DNA of 64,000 nucleotides from Polyangiaceae bacterium (lineage in GTDB: Bacteria > Myxococcota_A > Polyangia > Polyangiales > Polyangiaceae). Position numbers and translations under genes: made by a program. Below, in pieces: positions 40,852 through 50,794 of the stretch. The notes beneath the pieces were generated by a model. That model had not been told where the DNA came from and ran no database searches. It saw nothing but the letters and a program-made list of their open reading frames with translations. Each line of letters starts with the position of its first letter. Position 1 is the first letter of the stretch. The stretch covers positions 60,020-124,019 of the forward strand of contig JAPSGB010000010.1 in assembly GCA_035063585.1 (NCBI GenBank), given 5' to 3'.

Positions 40852-40896
40852 GTTGTACCCGGGTAAAATGGGCCAGTCAATATCATCCGGGTAAAA
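40852..40896 (-). promoter_or_regulatory. sigma70-type promoter TTGACT-N17-TACAAC overlapped by two TTTTACCCGG operator-like boxes
   Basis: -35 at 40875-40880, -10 at 40852-40857, palindrome TACCCGGGTA at 40856-40865, second copy CATCCGGGTAAAA at 40884-40896; ATG 7 nt after the -10. Confidence 0.75.
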
Positions 40897-40939
40897 AGTC
40901 GCCGCCGCCGCGACGGCGCGCGCTCCCACGCGAGCTTCG

Positions 40940-42535
40940 CTAGAACGCGGCTCGCTCGAGCGCGGCCGCCGCCGCGGTCGCGGTCGCGGCGCGGGCGAGC
41001 GCCTCGACGATGGCCGGGGAGAGCACGCTCCCGGCGAGCACGTCGCGACAGAAGCTCCGGACGAGCTCGAGGTGCGCGAGCTCGACCGCGCCGGGCGTGT
41101 CGCGGCTGACGCCGGAGGTGTCCGTGAGCCAGAGCCGGTCCGCGCGATCGAGCTCGAAGCGAGCGAGCCGTGCGTCGGGCAAGGCGAGGCCGAGCGCGGC
41201 GAGCGAGGCGAGGAGCCGCGCGGCCTCCACGCACGCCGCGACGAGCACCGGGCGCGGCACGCCGGGGCGGCGAGTGACCAGCGAGGAGAGCGGCCTGCCG
41301 GGGCGCTCGAGCGCGTACCAGCGCGCGCCGTCTTCGAGGGTGCCCTCACCGAGGAGCGCCGCGACGCTCGGAACATGAAGGGCGAGGGGCGGCTCGCCGG
41401 CGTACACGGTCGCGAGCCGCATGGTGCCGAGATGGACCGCGCTCACTCGCTCTCGCTTCGCGTCGCCGATGAGCGCGAAGCGCCCTCGCCGCGGCAGCGC
41501 GAGATCGTCGAGCCAGCGCCTCGCGGACTTGGTATCGAGCGCGCGGAGCAGCCTCGCCGCCTCCTTCTCGCGCTCGGCGCCGATGAGCGCCCGCGCGAGC
41601 TCGAGCCCGAGCCGCTCGCGCTCGTCGCCGCCGAGGCTATCGACCAGTGCCGCGACGCTCGCGCTCGCGTGCGCCTCGAGCGCGGCGCCCAATGCGGCGC
41701 CGAGCTCGGCCAGCCGCCGGCGCGCGTGCGGCGGATAGGCGAGGAGCGTGGCGGCGTCGCCCTCGAGCAAGAGTTGGACGCCGCGCGCGAGCGCCTCTGG
41801 GCCGAAGCGGCTCGGCTCGCCGCGGAGCACCTGCTGCCCGACCGCGCGGATCGGCACGACCAGGCTCGCGAGCGCCTCGGGCAGCTCGGTCGCGGCCGCG
41901 TCGAAGGCCTCGCGAAACGCGCGCCCCTCGAGCAGCCCGAACAGGATTTGCGGCAGCTCGCTCGCGCTGTAGAGCTCGACCACCAGATCGAGCACGCGCC
42001 GCATCTGACCGGGGGACACCGCCGAGAAATCGATGCTCGTGAGCGCGCGAACCAGCGCCGAGGTCGCGTGTCTTGCGCTCGCCGAGCGCCGCACGCACTC
42101 GAGGTAGAGGAGGAGGTAGTCGAGGCTCGGCGCGATGCGAAGCACCCCCTCGGCGAGCCGCGTCGCTGCGGCGGGCTCGAGCCGCTCGGCGGCCGCGTGC
42201 ACGCGCGCGCGATCCACCTTCGCGAGCAGGTGCTGACACACGCCGCGCCGCTCGGGCTCGCGCGCGCCGTTCAACAGCAGATCCTCGTGGGCGTTCACGC
42301 GGAGCTGGAGCGCGCGCCGATGTTCCTTGAGGAAGCGGAGCTGCTGCTTGAGCTCGCCGAGTTCCTCGGGTGAGAGCGGCTCCTCGGCGGATTTCCCAGC
42401 CAGCACCGGTCGCGCGCCCTCCGCGCGCGCGACGACCTCCGCGGGCGCTTGCGCGCGCTCGGGCTCGCGCGGGCCGCGTCGTCGCCGCCGCCGTCCGTCG
42501 TCTCGTCGCTTGGGGCCTCCGGGCGGTGACTGCAC
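40940..42535 (-). CDS. Hypothetical helical protein with C-terminal degenerate kinase-like region
   Basis: Long ORF with good codon bias; C-terminus resembles kinase subdomains V-VII without catalytic motifs; start uncertain. Confidence 0.7.
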   Translation of the reverse strand: MQSPPGGPKRRDDGRRRRRRGPREPERAQAPAEVVARAEGARPVLAGKSAEEPLSPEELGELKQQLRFLKEHRRALQLRVNAHEDLLLNGAREPERRGVCQHLLAKVDRARVHAAAERLEPAAATRLAEGVLRIAPSLDYLLLYLECVRRSASARHATSALVRALTSIDFSAVSPGQMRRVLDLVVELYSASELPQILFGLLEGRAFREAFDAAATELPEALASLVVPIRAVGQQVLRGEPSRFGPEALARGVQLLLEGDAATLLAYPPHARRRLAELGAALGAALEAHASASVAALVDSLGGDERERLGLELARALIGAEREKEAARLLRALDTKSARRWLDDLALPRRGRFALIGDAKRERVSAVHLGTMRLATVYAGEPPLALHVPSVAALLGEGTLEDGARWYALERPGRPLSSLVTRRPGVPRPVLVAACVEAARLLASLAALGLALPDARLARFELDRADRLWLTDTSGVSRDTPGAVELAHLELVRSFCRDVLAGSVLSPAIVEALARAATATAAAAALERAAF

Positions 42536-42710
42536 GGCCGAGACTCGTACTACGAGGCTACTCGTTCGGCCAGCGCGAGCACAGGGTTCCGCGCCGGACC
42601 GGCAAACCCCTCCCGAGGGGCTCGCGTGAGCGCCGTCCGATGGGACTCCGGTGTCGGTGCGGCGCGGCCGGCGTCGCGCGGCGCGCGTGGGGGCGCTAGC
42701 ATCTCTCGCG

Positions 42711-44522
42711 ATGAAGGCTCCGAGCGGACCGCGCTCGACGTTCGATGGGGCGCGTTCGCGCCGGTCGTCGCCGCGAGTGGAGCTCGTGTGGCCCGGCAAG
42801 CACGAGCCGGACGAGCCGGACGCCGGGCTCGAGCCGTCGCTCCGCGTCGTCGAGCGGGTCGGGGAGCACGGCGCGCGGCGCGTGGAGCCGGCGCCGGGCG
42901 GGTGGCGTAACCGTTTGATCGCGGGCGACAACCTGCTCGTGCTCCGCGCGCTCCGCGCCGAGCTCGCGGGGGCGGTCGAGCTCATCTACATCGATCCGCC
43001 CTTCGCGACCGGCGCGACCTTCTCGATGCGCGCGCCGCGAGGCGACGCGCGCGGCCAGCGCGCCGGCGCTCGCGGCGCGGTCGCGTATCGAGACGCCTCG
43101 GACGACGGCGTCTCCGGCTACCTCGGCGGGCTCGTGCGGCGGCTCGAGCTCGCGCGCGAGTTGCTCTCGCCGACCGGGAGCATCCTCATCCACTCGGACG
43201 CGCGGCTGAGCCACTACCTCGGCGTGATCTGCGATGAGCTCTTCGGCGTGGGCGACCGCGGCGCGCGCCCGAATCGGCCCGGCTTCCGCAACGAGATCAT
43301 CTGGATGTACGGGCTCGGAGGCTCGGGAGCGCGCTCCTACCCGAAGAAGCACGATGTCATCCTCTGGTACACGAAGGGCGAGCGCTGGTATTTCGAGCCG
43401 CCGAGGGTGCCCGCGACCTCGCAGCGGATGAGGGGGATGGACAAGAAGGCCCCCGACACCTGGGACATCCCCGCCATCAACAACATGGCGCTCGAGCGCA
43501 CCGGCTACCCGACGCAGAAGCCGGAGCGTCTGCTCGAGCGGATCATCTCCGCGCACTCGGCGCCGGGCGCGCTCGTCCTCGACTTTTTTTGCGGTTCGGG
43601 GACCACGCTCGCGGTCGCCGAGCGACTCGGCCGGCGCTGGCTCGGCTGCGACGTCGGGCGCCCGGCGATCCTCACCACGCGGAAGCGCTTGCTCGAGCTC
43701 CGCGCGGCCGGCGGGGAGGGCGCGCAGCCGTTCGACCTCGTCGACCTCGGGAGCACCGAGCGACGGCGCTGGCAGCGCGCTCGCTTCGGCGGCGGCGCGG
43801 GCGGAGCGGACCGGGCGAGCGGCGCGAGCCTGGCGGCGGACTCGGCTGGGTACCGGCGCTTCATCGTGGAGCGCTACCGGGCCAAGCCGGTCGCGGGCGC
43901 GATGATTCACGGCCGGCGCGGCGCGGCGCTCGTCCGCGTGGAGGAGGTCGACGCGCCGGTCACGCTCGCGAACCTCGAGGCCGCGCTCGCCGAGGCTCAC
44001 GAGCGCGGCGCGCGCGAGCTCCACGTGCTCGCGTGGGAGTGGCCGCTCGGACTCGCCGACTCGCTCGCCGAGCGCGCTCGCGCGCTGGCGGGCGTGAAGC
44101 TGCGCCTCGTGACCATCCCGCGGGAGGTGATGGGTCCGCGCGCGCTCGCGGCGGGGGAAGCGCGGTTCTTCGAGGTCGCCCGGCTGCGCGTCGAGGTCGT
44201 TCGCGCGGAGCGCCCGGCGCGTGGCGTGAAGCTCGTGCTCGCGGATTTCTCGAACACGCGGCTCGAGGCGGCGCGGGCGTGCTCGCAGCGCGCGAGCCGC
44301 GGATGGTCGGAGCGCGTCGACTCTTGGGCGGTCGACTGGGACTATCGGGGTGACCCGTTCGTGGCCCATTGGGAAGCGCATCGGAGCCTCGGAGTCCGCG
44401 CGCTCCCGCTCGAGACGCCCTGCTACGTCCCTGAACGCGGCGGAGCCCACCAGCTTGCCGTGAGGGCCGTCGACACCTTCGGCAACGAGGCGAGCGCGCT
44501 GATCCGCTGGAGAGCGCCGTAG
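42711..44522 (+). CDS. Site-specific DNA amino-methyltransferase (beta class, Mod-like) with C-terminal extension
   Basis: ELVWPGK, LIAGDNL, IYIDPPF, FRNEIIW, YPTQKPERLLERII, VLDFFCGSGTT, C-terminal AVRAVDTFGNE. Confidence 0.93.
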   Translation: MKAPSGPRSTFDGARSRRSSPRVELVWPGKHEPDEPDAGLEPSLRVVERVGEHGARRVEPAPGGWRNRLIAGDNLLVLRALRAELAGAVELIYIDPPFATGATFSMRAPRGDARGQRAGARGAVAYRDASDDGVSGYLGGLVRRLELARELLSPTGSILIHSDARLSHYLGVICDELFGVGDRGARPNRPGFRNEIIWMYGLGGSGARSYPKKHDVILWYTKGERWYFEPPRVPATSQRMRGMDKKAPDTWDIPAINNMALERTGYPTQKPERLLERIISAHSAPGALVLDFFCGSGTTLAVAERLGRRWLGCDVGRPAILTTRKRLLELRAAGGEGAQPFDLVDLGSTERRRWQRARFGGGAGGADRASGASLAADSAGYRRFIVERYRAKPVAGAMIHGRRGAALVRVEEVDAPVTLANLEAALAEAHERGARELHVLAWEWPLGLADSLAERARALAGVKLRLVTIPREVMGPRALAAGEARFFEVARLRVEVVRAERPARGVKLVLADFSNTRLEAARACSQRASRGWSERVDSWAVDWDYRGDPFVAHWEAHRSLGVRALPLETPCYVPERGGAHQLAVRAVDTFGNEASALIRWRAP

Positions 44523-44606
44523 CCGCGCCGCGCCGCGCGGGCCGTCGCTCCGCCGCCGCGCGCAGCCTCCCCGCGCCGCCGGCCGCGCCGGGGCGGGCTC
44601 AGCTCC

Positions 44607-45809
44607 TCACTTGAGCTCGGAGGAGCTCTTGCCGAGCAGGCGGCGGGCGATGATGAGTAGCTGGATTTGCTGGGTGCCCTCGAAGATGTCGAGGATCTTC
44701 GAGTCGCGCGCCCATTTCTCGAGGAGCTCGGTCTCGGTGGAGCCGAGCGAGCCGGCGAGCTGGAGGCAGCGGAGCGTGATCGCGTTACCGACGCGTCCGG
44801 CCTTGGCCTTGGCGATGCTCGCCTCCTTCGAGTTGGGGATGCCGTTGTCGGCCATCCACGCCGCGCGCAAGGTGAGCAGACGCGCCGCCTCGAGCTCTGC
44901 TTCCATACGGTAAATCTCGGCCTCGGCCGCGGTGGAGCGGAGGGGGCTCCGGCTGAAGTCCGCCTGGTCGCCGGCCTCGGCGAGGAGCTCGCGGGTGCGC
45001 TCGAGCGCGGCGCGCGCGACGCCGACCGCCATCGCGGCGACCAGCGGGCGCGTGTTGTCGAAGGTCTGCATCACGCCGGCAAACCCGGCGCCGGTGCGGA
45101 TCTCCGGATCGCCGAGCAGGTTCTCCTTCGGGATACGACAGTCGGTGAGGAGGATGGTCGCGGTGTCGGAGGCCTTGATGCCGAGCTTGTGCTCGAGCCG
45201 GGCGACCTCCATCCCGGGCGTGCCGGCCTCGACCACGAAGCTCTTGATCGCCGCGCGGCCGAGCGACGGATCGAGCGTCGCCCACACCACGATGAGATCG
45301 GCGCGGCTGCCCGAGGTGACGAAGATCTTCTCGCCGTTCAGCACGTACTGGTCGCCGTCGAGGCGAGCGGTGGTCCTGATGGAAGCCGAGTCGGAGCCGG
45401 CGTTCGGCTCGGTGATCGCCATGGCGGCCCAGCGCCGGTTGAAGCGCGCGAGCTGCTCCTCGTTGGCGACCGCGGTGATGGCCGCGTTGCCGAGCCCTTG
45501 GCGGGGGATGGTGAGCGCGAGCCCGCAATCACCCCAGCAGAGCTCGGTGAGGCCGAGCGCGGTCGACATGTTGGCGCCGTTGCGGACGCCTTCGCCGCTC
45601 TTCTCGCGCTTCAGCTTGCTCGCGCCGGCGCCGTCGGCCGACCCGCTCTGGTTCATGCCGTCGACTACCGCGGCGAGCATGTCGAGCTCGACCGGGTACT
45701 CGTGTTCCTTGGCGTCGTATTTTCGCGAGATGGGGCGGAAGACCTGCTCGCCGACCAGGTGCGCCTGCTCGACGAAGGGACGGAGCTTCTTGGGGATTTC
45801 GAGGTACAT
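44607..45809 (-). CDS. Acyl-CoA dehydrogenase (FadE23-like)
   Basis: AMAITEPNAGSD, LNGEKIFVT, KLGIKASDTA, RDSKILDIFEGTQQIQ. Confidence 0.93.
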   Translation of the reverse strand: MYLEIPKKLRPFVEQAHLVGEQVFRPISRKYDAKEHEYPVELDMLAAVVDGMNQSGSADGAGASKLKREKSGEGVRNGANMSTALGLTELCWGDCGLALTIPRQGLGNAAITAVANEEQLARFNRRWAAMAITEPNAGSDSASIRTTARLDGDQYVLNGEKIFVTSGSRADLIVVWATLDPSLGRAAIKSFVVEAGTPGMEVARLEHKLGIKASDTATILLTDCRIPKENLLGDPEIRTGAGFAGVMQTFDNTRPLVAAMAVGVARAALERTRELLAEAGDQADFSRSPLRSTAAEAEIYRMEAELEAARLLTLRAAWMADNGIPNSKEASIAKAKAGRVGNAITLRCLQLAGSLGSTETELLEKWARDSKILDIFEGTQQIQLLIIARRLLGKSSSELK

Positions 45810-45829
45810 CGCTAGGTGGCTCCCGGGGT

Positions 45830-47158
45830 TCAGACGAGCGCGCCGCCGTACACGGTGGAGAGCGCCATGAGGTCGCGGTAAAATCGCTCGACGGGGTGTT
45901 CCTTGGTGTAGCCGTGCCCGCCGAGGAGTTGCACGCCGCTCGAGGCGAGCTCTAGCCCCTTCTCGGTGGCGAGGAGGTGCGCGAGATAGGCTTCGCGCTT
46001 GGCGTTCATGCCGCGCTCGAGCCGCGCGGCGGCGCGCCAGGTGACCATCCGCATGGCGTCGATCTCGATGGCGAGGTTCGCCACCATGAACGCCACGCTC
46101 TGCCGGTTGCTGATCGGCTCGCCGAACGCGACCCGATCGTTCACATACGGCGTGACGTAGTCGAGCACCGCCTGGCCGACGCCGACCATGAGCGACGAGA
46201 CGGCGACCCGATTGCGAGCGATGAGCTCCTCGTAGTCGACCGCGCCGGCCGCCTCGCCGACGAGCGCGCTCGCGTCGAGCTCCACGCCGTCGAAGCGCAC
46301 TCGCCCGAAGCCGGCCGCGCGCGCGCCGAGCGCGGGCTCGCGGCTGGCGCTCACGCCTGCCTCGCTCCGGGCGACGATGAAGAGCTGCGGACCGTGACCG
46401 AGCAGCTCGGCCGTGACCAGGAAGTAGTCGGCCGCCTCCGCGCCGACTACCAGCGATTTCTCGCCGTGGAGGACGTAGCGGTTGCCGCGGGCCGCGGCGC
46501 GCGTCCGAAGCTCGGCGGGGTCGAAGAGCGCGCGCGGCTCGCTCACCGCGAAGCTCGCGCGCGGCGGCGTCTCTTCGGCGAAAGCCGGGAGGTACGCCGC
46601 CTGCTGCGCGCTCGAGCCCCAGCGGACCAACGCGCTCGCGACCGCGATGGGCGCGAGCGCCGCGAGCGCCTGACCCGCGTCACCCCAGGCGAGATCCTCC
46701 GCGATGAGCGCGCTCGTCACCGAGGTGCTCTCGCTGGCCGCGCCGCCGAAGGACTCCGGGATCGCCATCGGGCCGAGCGCGAGGTCGGCGAGCGCCCCGC
46801 CAAACTCGGCGGGCGGCGCGCATTTCGTGTCCGCCTCGTGTGCCGCCGGGCGGAGCACGTCGCGGGCGAAGCGCTGCGCGGTCTCGCGCACCATCAGCTC
46901 CTCTTCGCTCACGTTGAGGTCGAACAGCTCGGCGCGCGGGCGGTTCGCGAGACGCTCGGGGGACTCGCCGCGCCCGCGGCTCGCGAGCCCGCGCGCGATG
47001 GCGCTGGCGGCGGCGAACCCCTGCTGCGACGCCGTCGCCGCGACGCGCTCGGCGGGCTTCAGCCAGCCCTGCCTCTGCACGAAGGGGCTCCCCGAGAAGA
47101 TGCGGAGCCCCGCGAGGGCGGTGCTCATGGCTCGTCGTCCAAGGTCTCTTGTTTCCAT
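45830..47158 (-). CDS. Acyl-CoA dehydrogenase (FadE24-like)
   Basis: FAVSEP, LHGEKSLV, RVAFGEPIS, VQLLGGHGYTKEHPVERFYRD. Confidence 0.9.
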   Translation of the reverse strand: METRDLGRRAMSTALAGLRIFSGSPFVQRQGWLKPAERVAATASQQGFAAASAIARGLASRGRGESPERLANRPRAELFDLNVSEEELMVRETAQRFARDVLRPAAHEADTKCAPPAEFGGALADLALGPMAIPESFGGAASESTSVTSALIAEDLAWGDAGQALAALAPIAVASALVRWGSSAQQAAYLPAFAEETPPRASFAVSEPRALFDPAELRTRAAARGNRYVLHGEKSLVVGAEAADYFLVTAELLGHGPQLFIVARSEAGVSASREPALGARAAGFGRVRFDGVELDASALVGEAAGAVDYEELIARNRVAVSSLMVGVGQAVLDYVTPYVNDRVAFGEPISNRQSVAFMVANLAIEIDAMRMVTWRAAARLERGMNAKREAYLAHLLATEKGLELASSGVQLLGGHGYTKEHPVERFYRDLMALSTVYGGALV

Positions 47159-47162
47159 GTGG

Positions 47163-48449
47163 TTACTCCGCACGCTCCAGGACCGCCGCCGCACCGAGCC
47201 CGCCCGCGGCGCAGATGCCGAGGAGCGCGGTCTTCTTGCCGGTGAGCGCGAGCTCGTTGGCCATGGTGGTCACCATGCGCGCGCCGGTGGCCCCGAACGG
47301 GTGTCCGAGCGCGAGCGAGCCGCCGTGCACGTTGAGCCGGGCCGGGTCGATCTCGCCTGGCGCCGTCTCTCGGCCGAGCCGCGCCCGCGCGAACCCCGGG
47401 CTCGCGAGCATCTTGAGGATGCTCAGCACCTGCGCGGCGAAGGCCTCGTGCATGTCGACCAGATCCACGTCTCTGAGCTCGAGGCCCGCGCGCTCGAGCG
47501 CCTTCGGCATCGCCAGGGCCGGGCCCATGAGGAGTTGATCGGCCGGATCGACGCCAGCGTAGGCCCAGCTCTTTACCCGCGCGAGCGGGGTCATGCCGAG
47601 CGCCTTGGCCTTCTCCTCGCTCATCAGGAGCACCGCGGCCGCCCCGTCGGTGAGCGGGCTCGAGTTGCCCGCGGTGAGCGTGCCGGCCTTCTTGTCGAAG
47701 ACGGGTCGGAGCTTCGCGAGCTTCTCGAGTGAGGTGTCGCCGCGGACCAGGCCGTCTGCGTGGACCCAGCGCCCGCTCGGCGTCTGCACCGGGATGATCT
47801 CGCGGTCGAGCCGCCCGGACGCGATGGCCGCCGCGGCGCGATGATGCGAGCGGGCCGCGAACTCGTCCTGCGCTTCGCGCGTGATCTCGTTGCGGCGCGC
47901 CATGCGCTCTGCGCTCTCGCCCATTACCTCGCCGGTGGTTCGCTCGGCGATCTTCGGCTGGCGCGGTAGCAGATCGGTGAAGGGCGCGAGCTGGGCGAGC
48001 ACGCCGAGGTAGTCCGACGCTGTGGGCTTGCCGAGGGCGAGTGGCGCCATCGCGTGGACCAGCTTTTGCGGGAGCTTCACCTCCGCGTTGCTGGTCGAGT
48101 CGCTCCCGCCGGCGATGATGACGTCGGCGTCGCCTCGCTCTATCTCGGCGGCGGCGTTGGTGATGGCCTGGAGCCCGGACGCGCAGGCGCGCGTCACGGT
48201 GTACGCCTCGCAGGCGACCCCGAGCTTCAGGTCGAGCACGATCTCGCGCCCGACGTTGGGCGCGCCGCCCGGCAGGATGACCCCGCCCCAGATGAGCGAG
48301 TCGACCGCGCCGTAGGCGAGCCCGGTGCGCCCGAGGAGCCCGCGCACGGCCGCCACGCCGAGCGCGATGGTGTCCATCTCGGTGAACTCGGTGAAGGCCT
48401 TGATGAAGGGCGTGCGGACGCCGCCGACGATGACTGCTTTGCGACTCAT
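47163..48449 (-). CDS. Acetyl-CoA C-acyltransferase (thiolase, FadI/FadA2 type)
   Basis: RACASG, NSSPLTDGA, HEAFAAQ, GHPFGATG, CAAGGLG. Confidence 0.93.
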   Translation of the reverse strand: MSRKAVIVGGVRTPFIKAFTEFTEMDTIALGVAAVRGLLGRTGLAYGAVDSLIWGGVILPGGAPNVGREIVLDLKLGVACEAYTVTRACASGLQAITNAAAEIERGDADVIIAGGSDSTSNAEVKLPQKLVHAMAPLALGKPTASDYLGVLAQLAPFTDLLPRQPKIAERTTGEVMGESAERMARRNEITREAQDEFAARSHHRAAAAIASGRLDREIIPVQTPSGRWVHADGLVRGDTSLEKLAKLRPVFDKKAGTLTAGNSSPLTDGAAAVLLMSEEKAKALGMTPLARVKSWAYAGVDPADQLLMGPALAMPKALERAGLELRDVDLVDMHEAFAAQVLSILKMLASPGFARARLGRETAPGEIDPARLNVHGGSLALGHPFGATGARMVTTMANELALTGKKTALLGICAAGGLGAAAVLERAE

Positions 48450-48467
48450 GATGCCTCTCTACGCCTC

Positions 48468-49883
48468 TCAGGCGCCGATGAACGCGCCGCCGCAGACCCT
48501 GAGCACCTGACCGGTGAGGCCCTGCGCGGCCGGTGACGAAAGGAAGGCGATGGCTTGAGCGACGTCCTCCGGGATGCCGCCCTGGCCGAGCGCGCTCAGG
48601 CGCCGGCCGCCCTCGCGCACCGCGAGCGGCACCACCGCCGTGAGCCGCGTCTCGATGAAGCCCGGCGCGATCGCGTTGACGGTGATGCCGCGCTCGGCGA
48701 GCTTGGGGGCGAGCCCACGCACGTGTCCGGCCACGCCGGCCTTGCTCGCCGCGTAGTTGGTCTGGCCGTTGTTGCCGGCGAGCCCCGCGATGCTCGAGAG
48801 GCACACGATGCGCCCGCCGTCGGAGAGCGCGCGCTCGGCGAGCGCCGCGTTCAGCTTGACGACCGCTGCCAGGTTCACCCCGAGCACCAGATCCCAGAGC
48901 TCTTCCTTCATGCGGCCGAGCGTCTTGTCGCGGGTGATGCCCGCGTTCTGCACCACGATGTCCGCGCCGCCCTCGGCGCGCGCGGCCTCTACCAGCCGCT
49001 CGCCGGCGTCCGGCGCGATGACGTCGAGCCCGAGCGGCACGCCGTCGAGCTCGCGCGCGAGGGTGCTGGTCTCGCCGACGTCCTCCGGGCGATCCACGCA
49101 GATGACCCGCGCGCCCTGCGCCGCGAGGAGCCGCGCCGTCGCGGCGCCGATGCCGCGCGCTGCGCCGGTGACGATGGCGACCTTGCGATCGAGCGCGCGC
49201 GCCGCGCCGTCGCCGTTGGTCGCCTTCGCGCGGAGCGCCGGCTCGCCCGCCGCCGCGAGGCTCACCTCGACCGGCTGCGCGGTCACGAAGGCCGAGCGCG
49301 CGGAGAGGAAGAATTCGAGCGGACCGCCCGCGAGCGCCTCCGCGCCGCGCGCCACCAGGATGACGTTGGCGGTCGCGCCCGCGCCGCCGATCTCCTTGGC
49401 CGCGCTCTTCACGAAGCCGGTGAGCGCCCCGGCGATCATCGGATCTTCGGGGCGGCCGAGCACGAGGAGTCGCCCCGAGCGGCCGATGCGCCGGATGAGC
49501 GGGTGGAAGAAATCGTAGAGCGCGCGGAGGCCCGCGGCGTCGGTGACGCCGGAGGCGTCGAACACGAGCGCGTGGAGCCGCTCGGGCGCTTGATCGAGCC
49601 CGCGCGCGGGGCGGCCGTAGGCGTCGCCCGCGCCGCGGAAAGCGGACGCGTCCCCCTCGACGAAGGGGTCGCCGCCCGCGCGCGCGACCGCACCGGCCAC
49701 GCTCGTGAGCAGCGCCGCGCCGGGCGCCGCGCCGAGCGCCACCGCGCGGTCCATGAGCGGCCGCGGTGCCCAGGTGCCGTGCTCGCGCTGGAGCTGGGCC
49801 GGCAGCGGGATGGGCAGCCCGAGCGATTTCACGAGCGAGCGCGCGCGCGGATTCTTGCCGAGATCGACCAGCCAGTCGTTCAT
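48468..49883 (-). CDS. High-molecular-weight 3-oxoacyl reductase (FabG4-like)
   Basis: N-terminal extra domain (LVFDASG..LYDFFHP) plus SDR TGAARGIG, NAGITRD, YAASK. Confidence 0.9.
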   Translation of the reverse strand: MNDWLVDLGKNPRARSLVKSLGLPIPLPAQLQREHGTWAPRPLMDRAVALGAAPGAALLTSVAGAVARAGGDPFVEGDASAFRGAGDAYGRPARGLDQAPERLHALVFDASGVTDAAGLRALYDFFHPLIRRIGRSGRLLVLGRPEDPMIAGALTGFVKSAAKEIGGAGATANVILVARGAEALAGGPLEFFLSARSAFVTAQPVEVSLAAAGEPALRAKATNGDGAARALDRKVAIVTGAARGIGAATARLLAAQGARVICVDRPEDVGETSTLARELDGVPLGLDVIAPDAGERLVEAARAEGGADIVVQNAGITRDKTLGRMKEELWDLVLGVNLAAVVKLNAALAERALSDGGRIVCLSSIAGLAGNNGQTNYAASKAGVAGHVRGLAPKLAERGITVNAIAPGFIETRLTAVVPLAVREGGRRLSALGQGGIPEDVAQAIAFLSSPAAQGLTGQVLRVCGGAFIGA

Positions 49884-50794
49884 GATGATTGCCTCTCGAA
49901 GGTTCCCTGGAGGTACGCCGCGCCGCCGGGCGCGTCGCCGACGAAGAGCTCGCTCGCCGCGGTCGCGTACACGCCGACTGCGCGCGGCAAGACGAGCGGC
50001 TTGGTGAAGCGCACCTCCACCGAGGCGAGCGCGGAGACGTCTCCCGCGAACACGCCGCGGTTCAGCGCCTCGAGCGCGCGCGACAGCGTGGCGAACCCGT
50101 GCAAGATGACCGAGCGAAACCCGCTCGCTCGCGCCGCCGGCGGGATCCAGTGAATCGGGTTCAAATCACCGGTCAGCTTGGCGAACTCCCACCCTGCCTT
50201 CGCGCCGAAGCGCACGAACGCGAGCTCGCGCGCCGCGACCGGCACGGTGGGGAGCTCCTTCTTCGGGCGCGGACCGGGTCTTGGTTGGTCCGGCGCGGAA
50301 CCGCGGCCGAGCGGTACGAACGCGTTCATGTGCGCGATGACCGCGCCCGGAGCGCTCCGCGTCCCGGTCTCGATGCGGGTGGTGATGAGCGCGCGGCGGC
50401 CGTCGTCGTCGAGGCGCTCGAGGCGCGCGCGGATGAGGAGCGGCTCGTTCGCGGGCAGCGGCGCGCGCTGCTCGAGCCGGCAGCCCGCGTTCATCACCCG
50501 CTGCATCGGGTAGGAGAGCGAGCTCATGGCGCGCGCCGCGAGCGGGAAGCCCCACTGCGGGAAGAGGTGCGCGGGGACGCGCCCGCGGTACCACGAGGGA
50601 TCTCCGCCCGAGAATCGGATGAAGTCGCGGAGCAGCTCGGGTGAGCGCGGCGGGAGCGTCATCTCGAGCCAGGGACCGGGCAGCGCCGGCGGCGCGCTCG
50701 CCCGGGGCTTCGCCGTGAGGCTGGCCGCCGCGACGCCCGCGAGGGTGCGGAGCACCGGCCCTTGTTCGAACAGGCGAGTGATGGATACGGTCAC
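49880..50794 (-). CDS. MaoC-like double hot-dog dehydratase (HtdX-like)
   Basis: FAKLTGDLNPIHW, ILHG, VRFTKPLVLP. Confidence 0.85.
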   Translation of the reverse strand: MTVSITRLFEQGPVLRTLAGVAAASLTAKPRASAPPALPGPWLEMTLPPRSPELLRDFIRFSGGDPSWYRGRVPAHLFPQWGFPLAARAMSSLSYPMQRVMNAGCRLEQRAPLPANEPLLIRARLERLDDDGRRALITTRIETGTRSAPGAVIAHMNAFVPLGRGSAPDQPRPGPRPKKELPTVPVAARELAFVRFGAKAGWEFAKLTGDLNPIHWIPPAARASGFRSVILHGFATLSRALEALNRGVFAGDVSALASVEVRFTKPLVLPRAVGVYATAASELFVGDAPGGAAYLQGTFERQSS

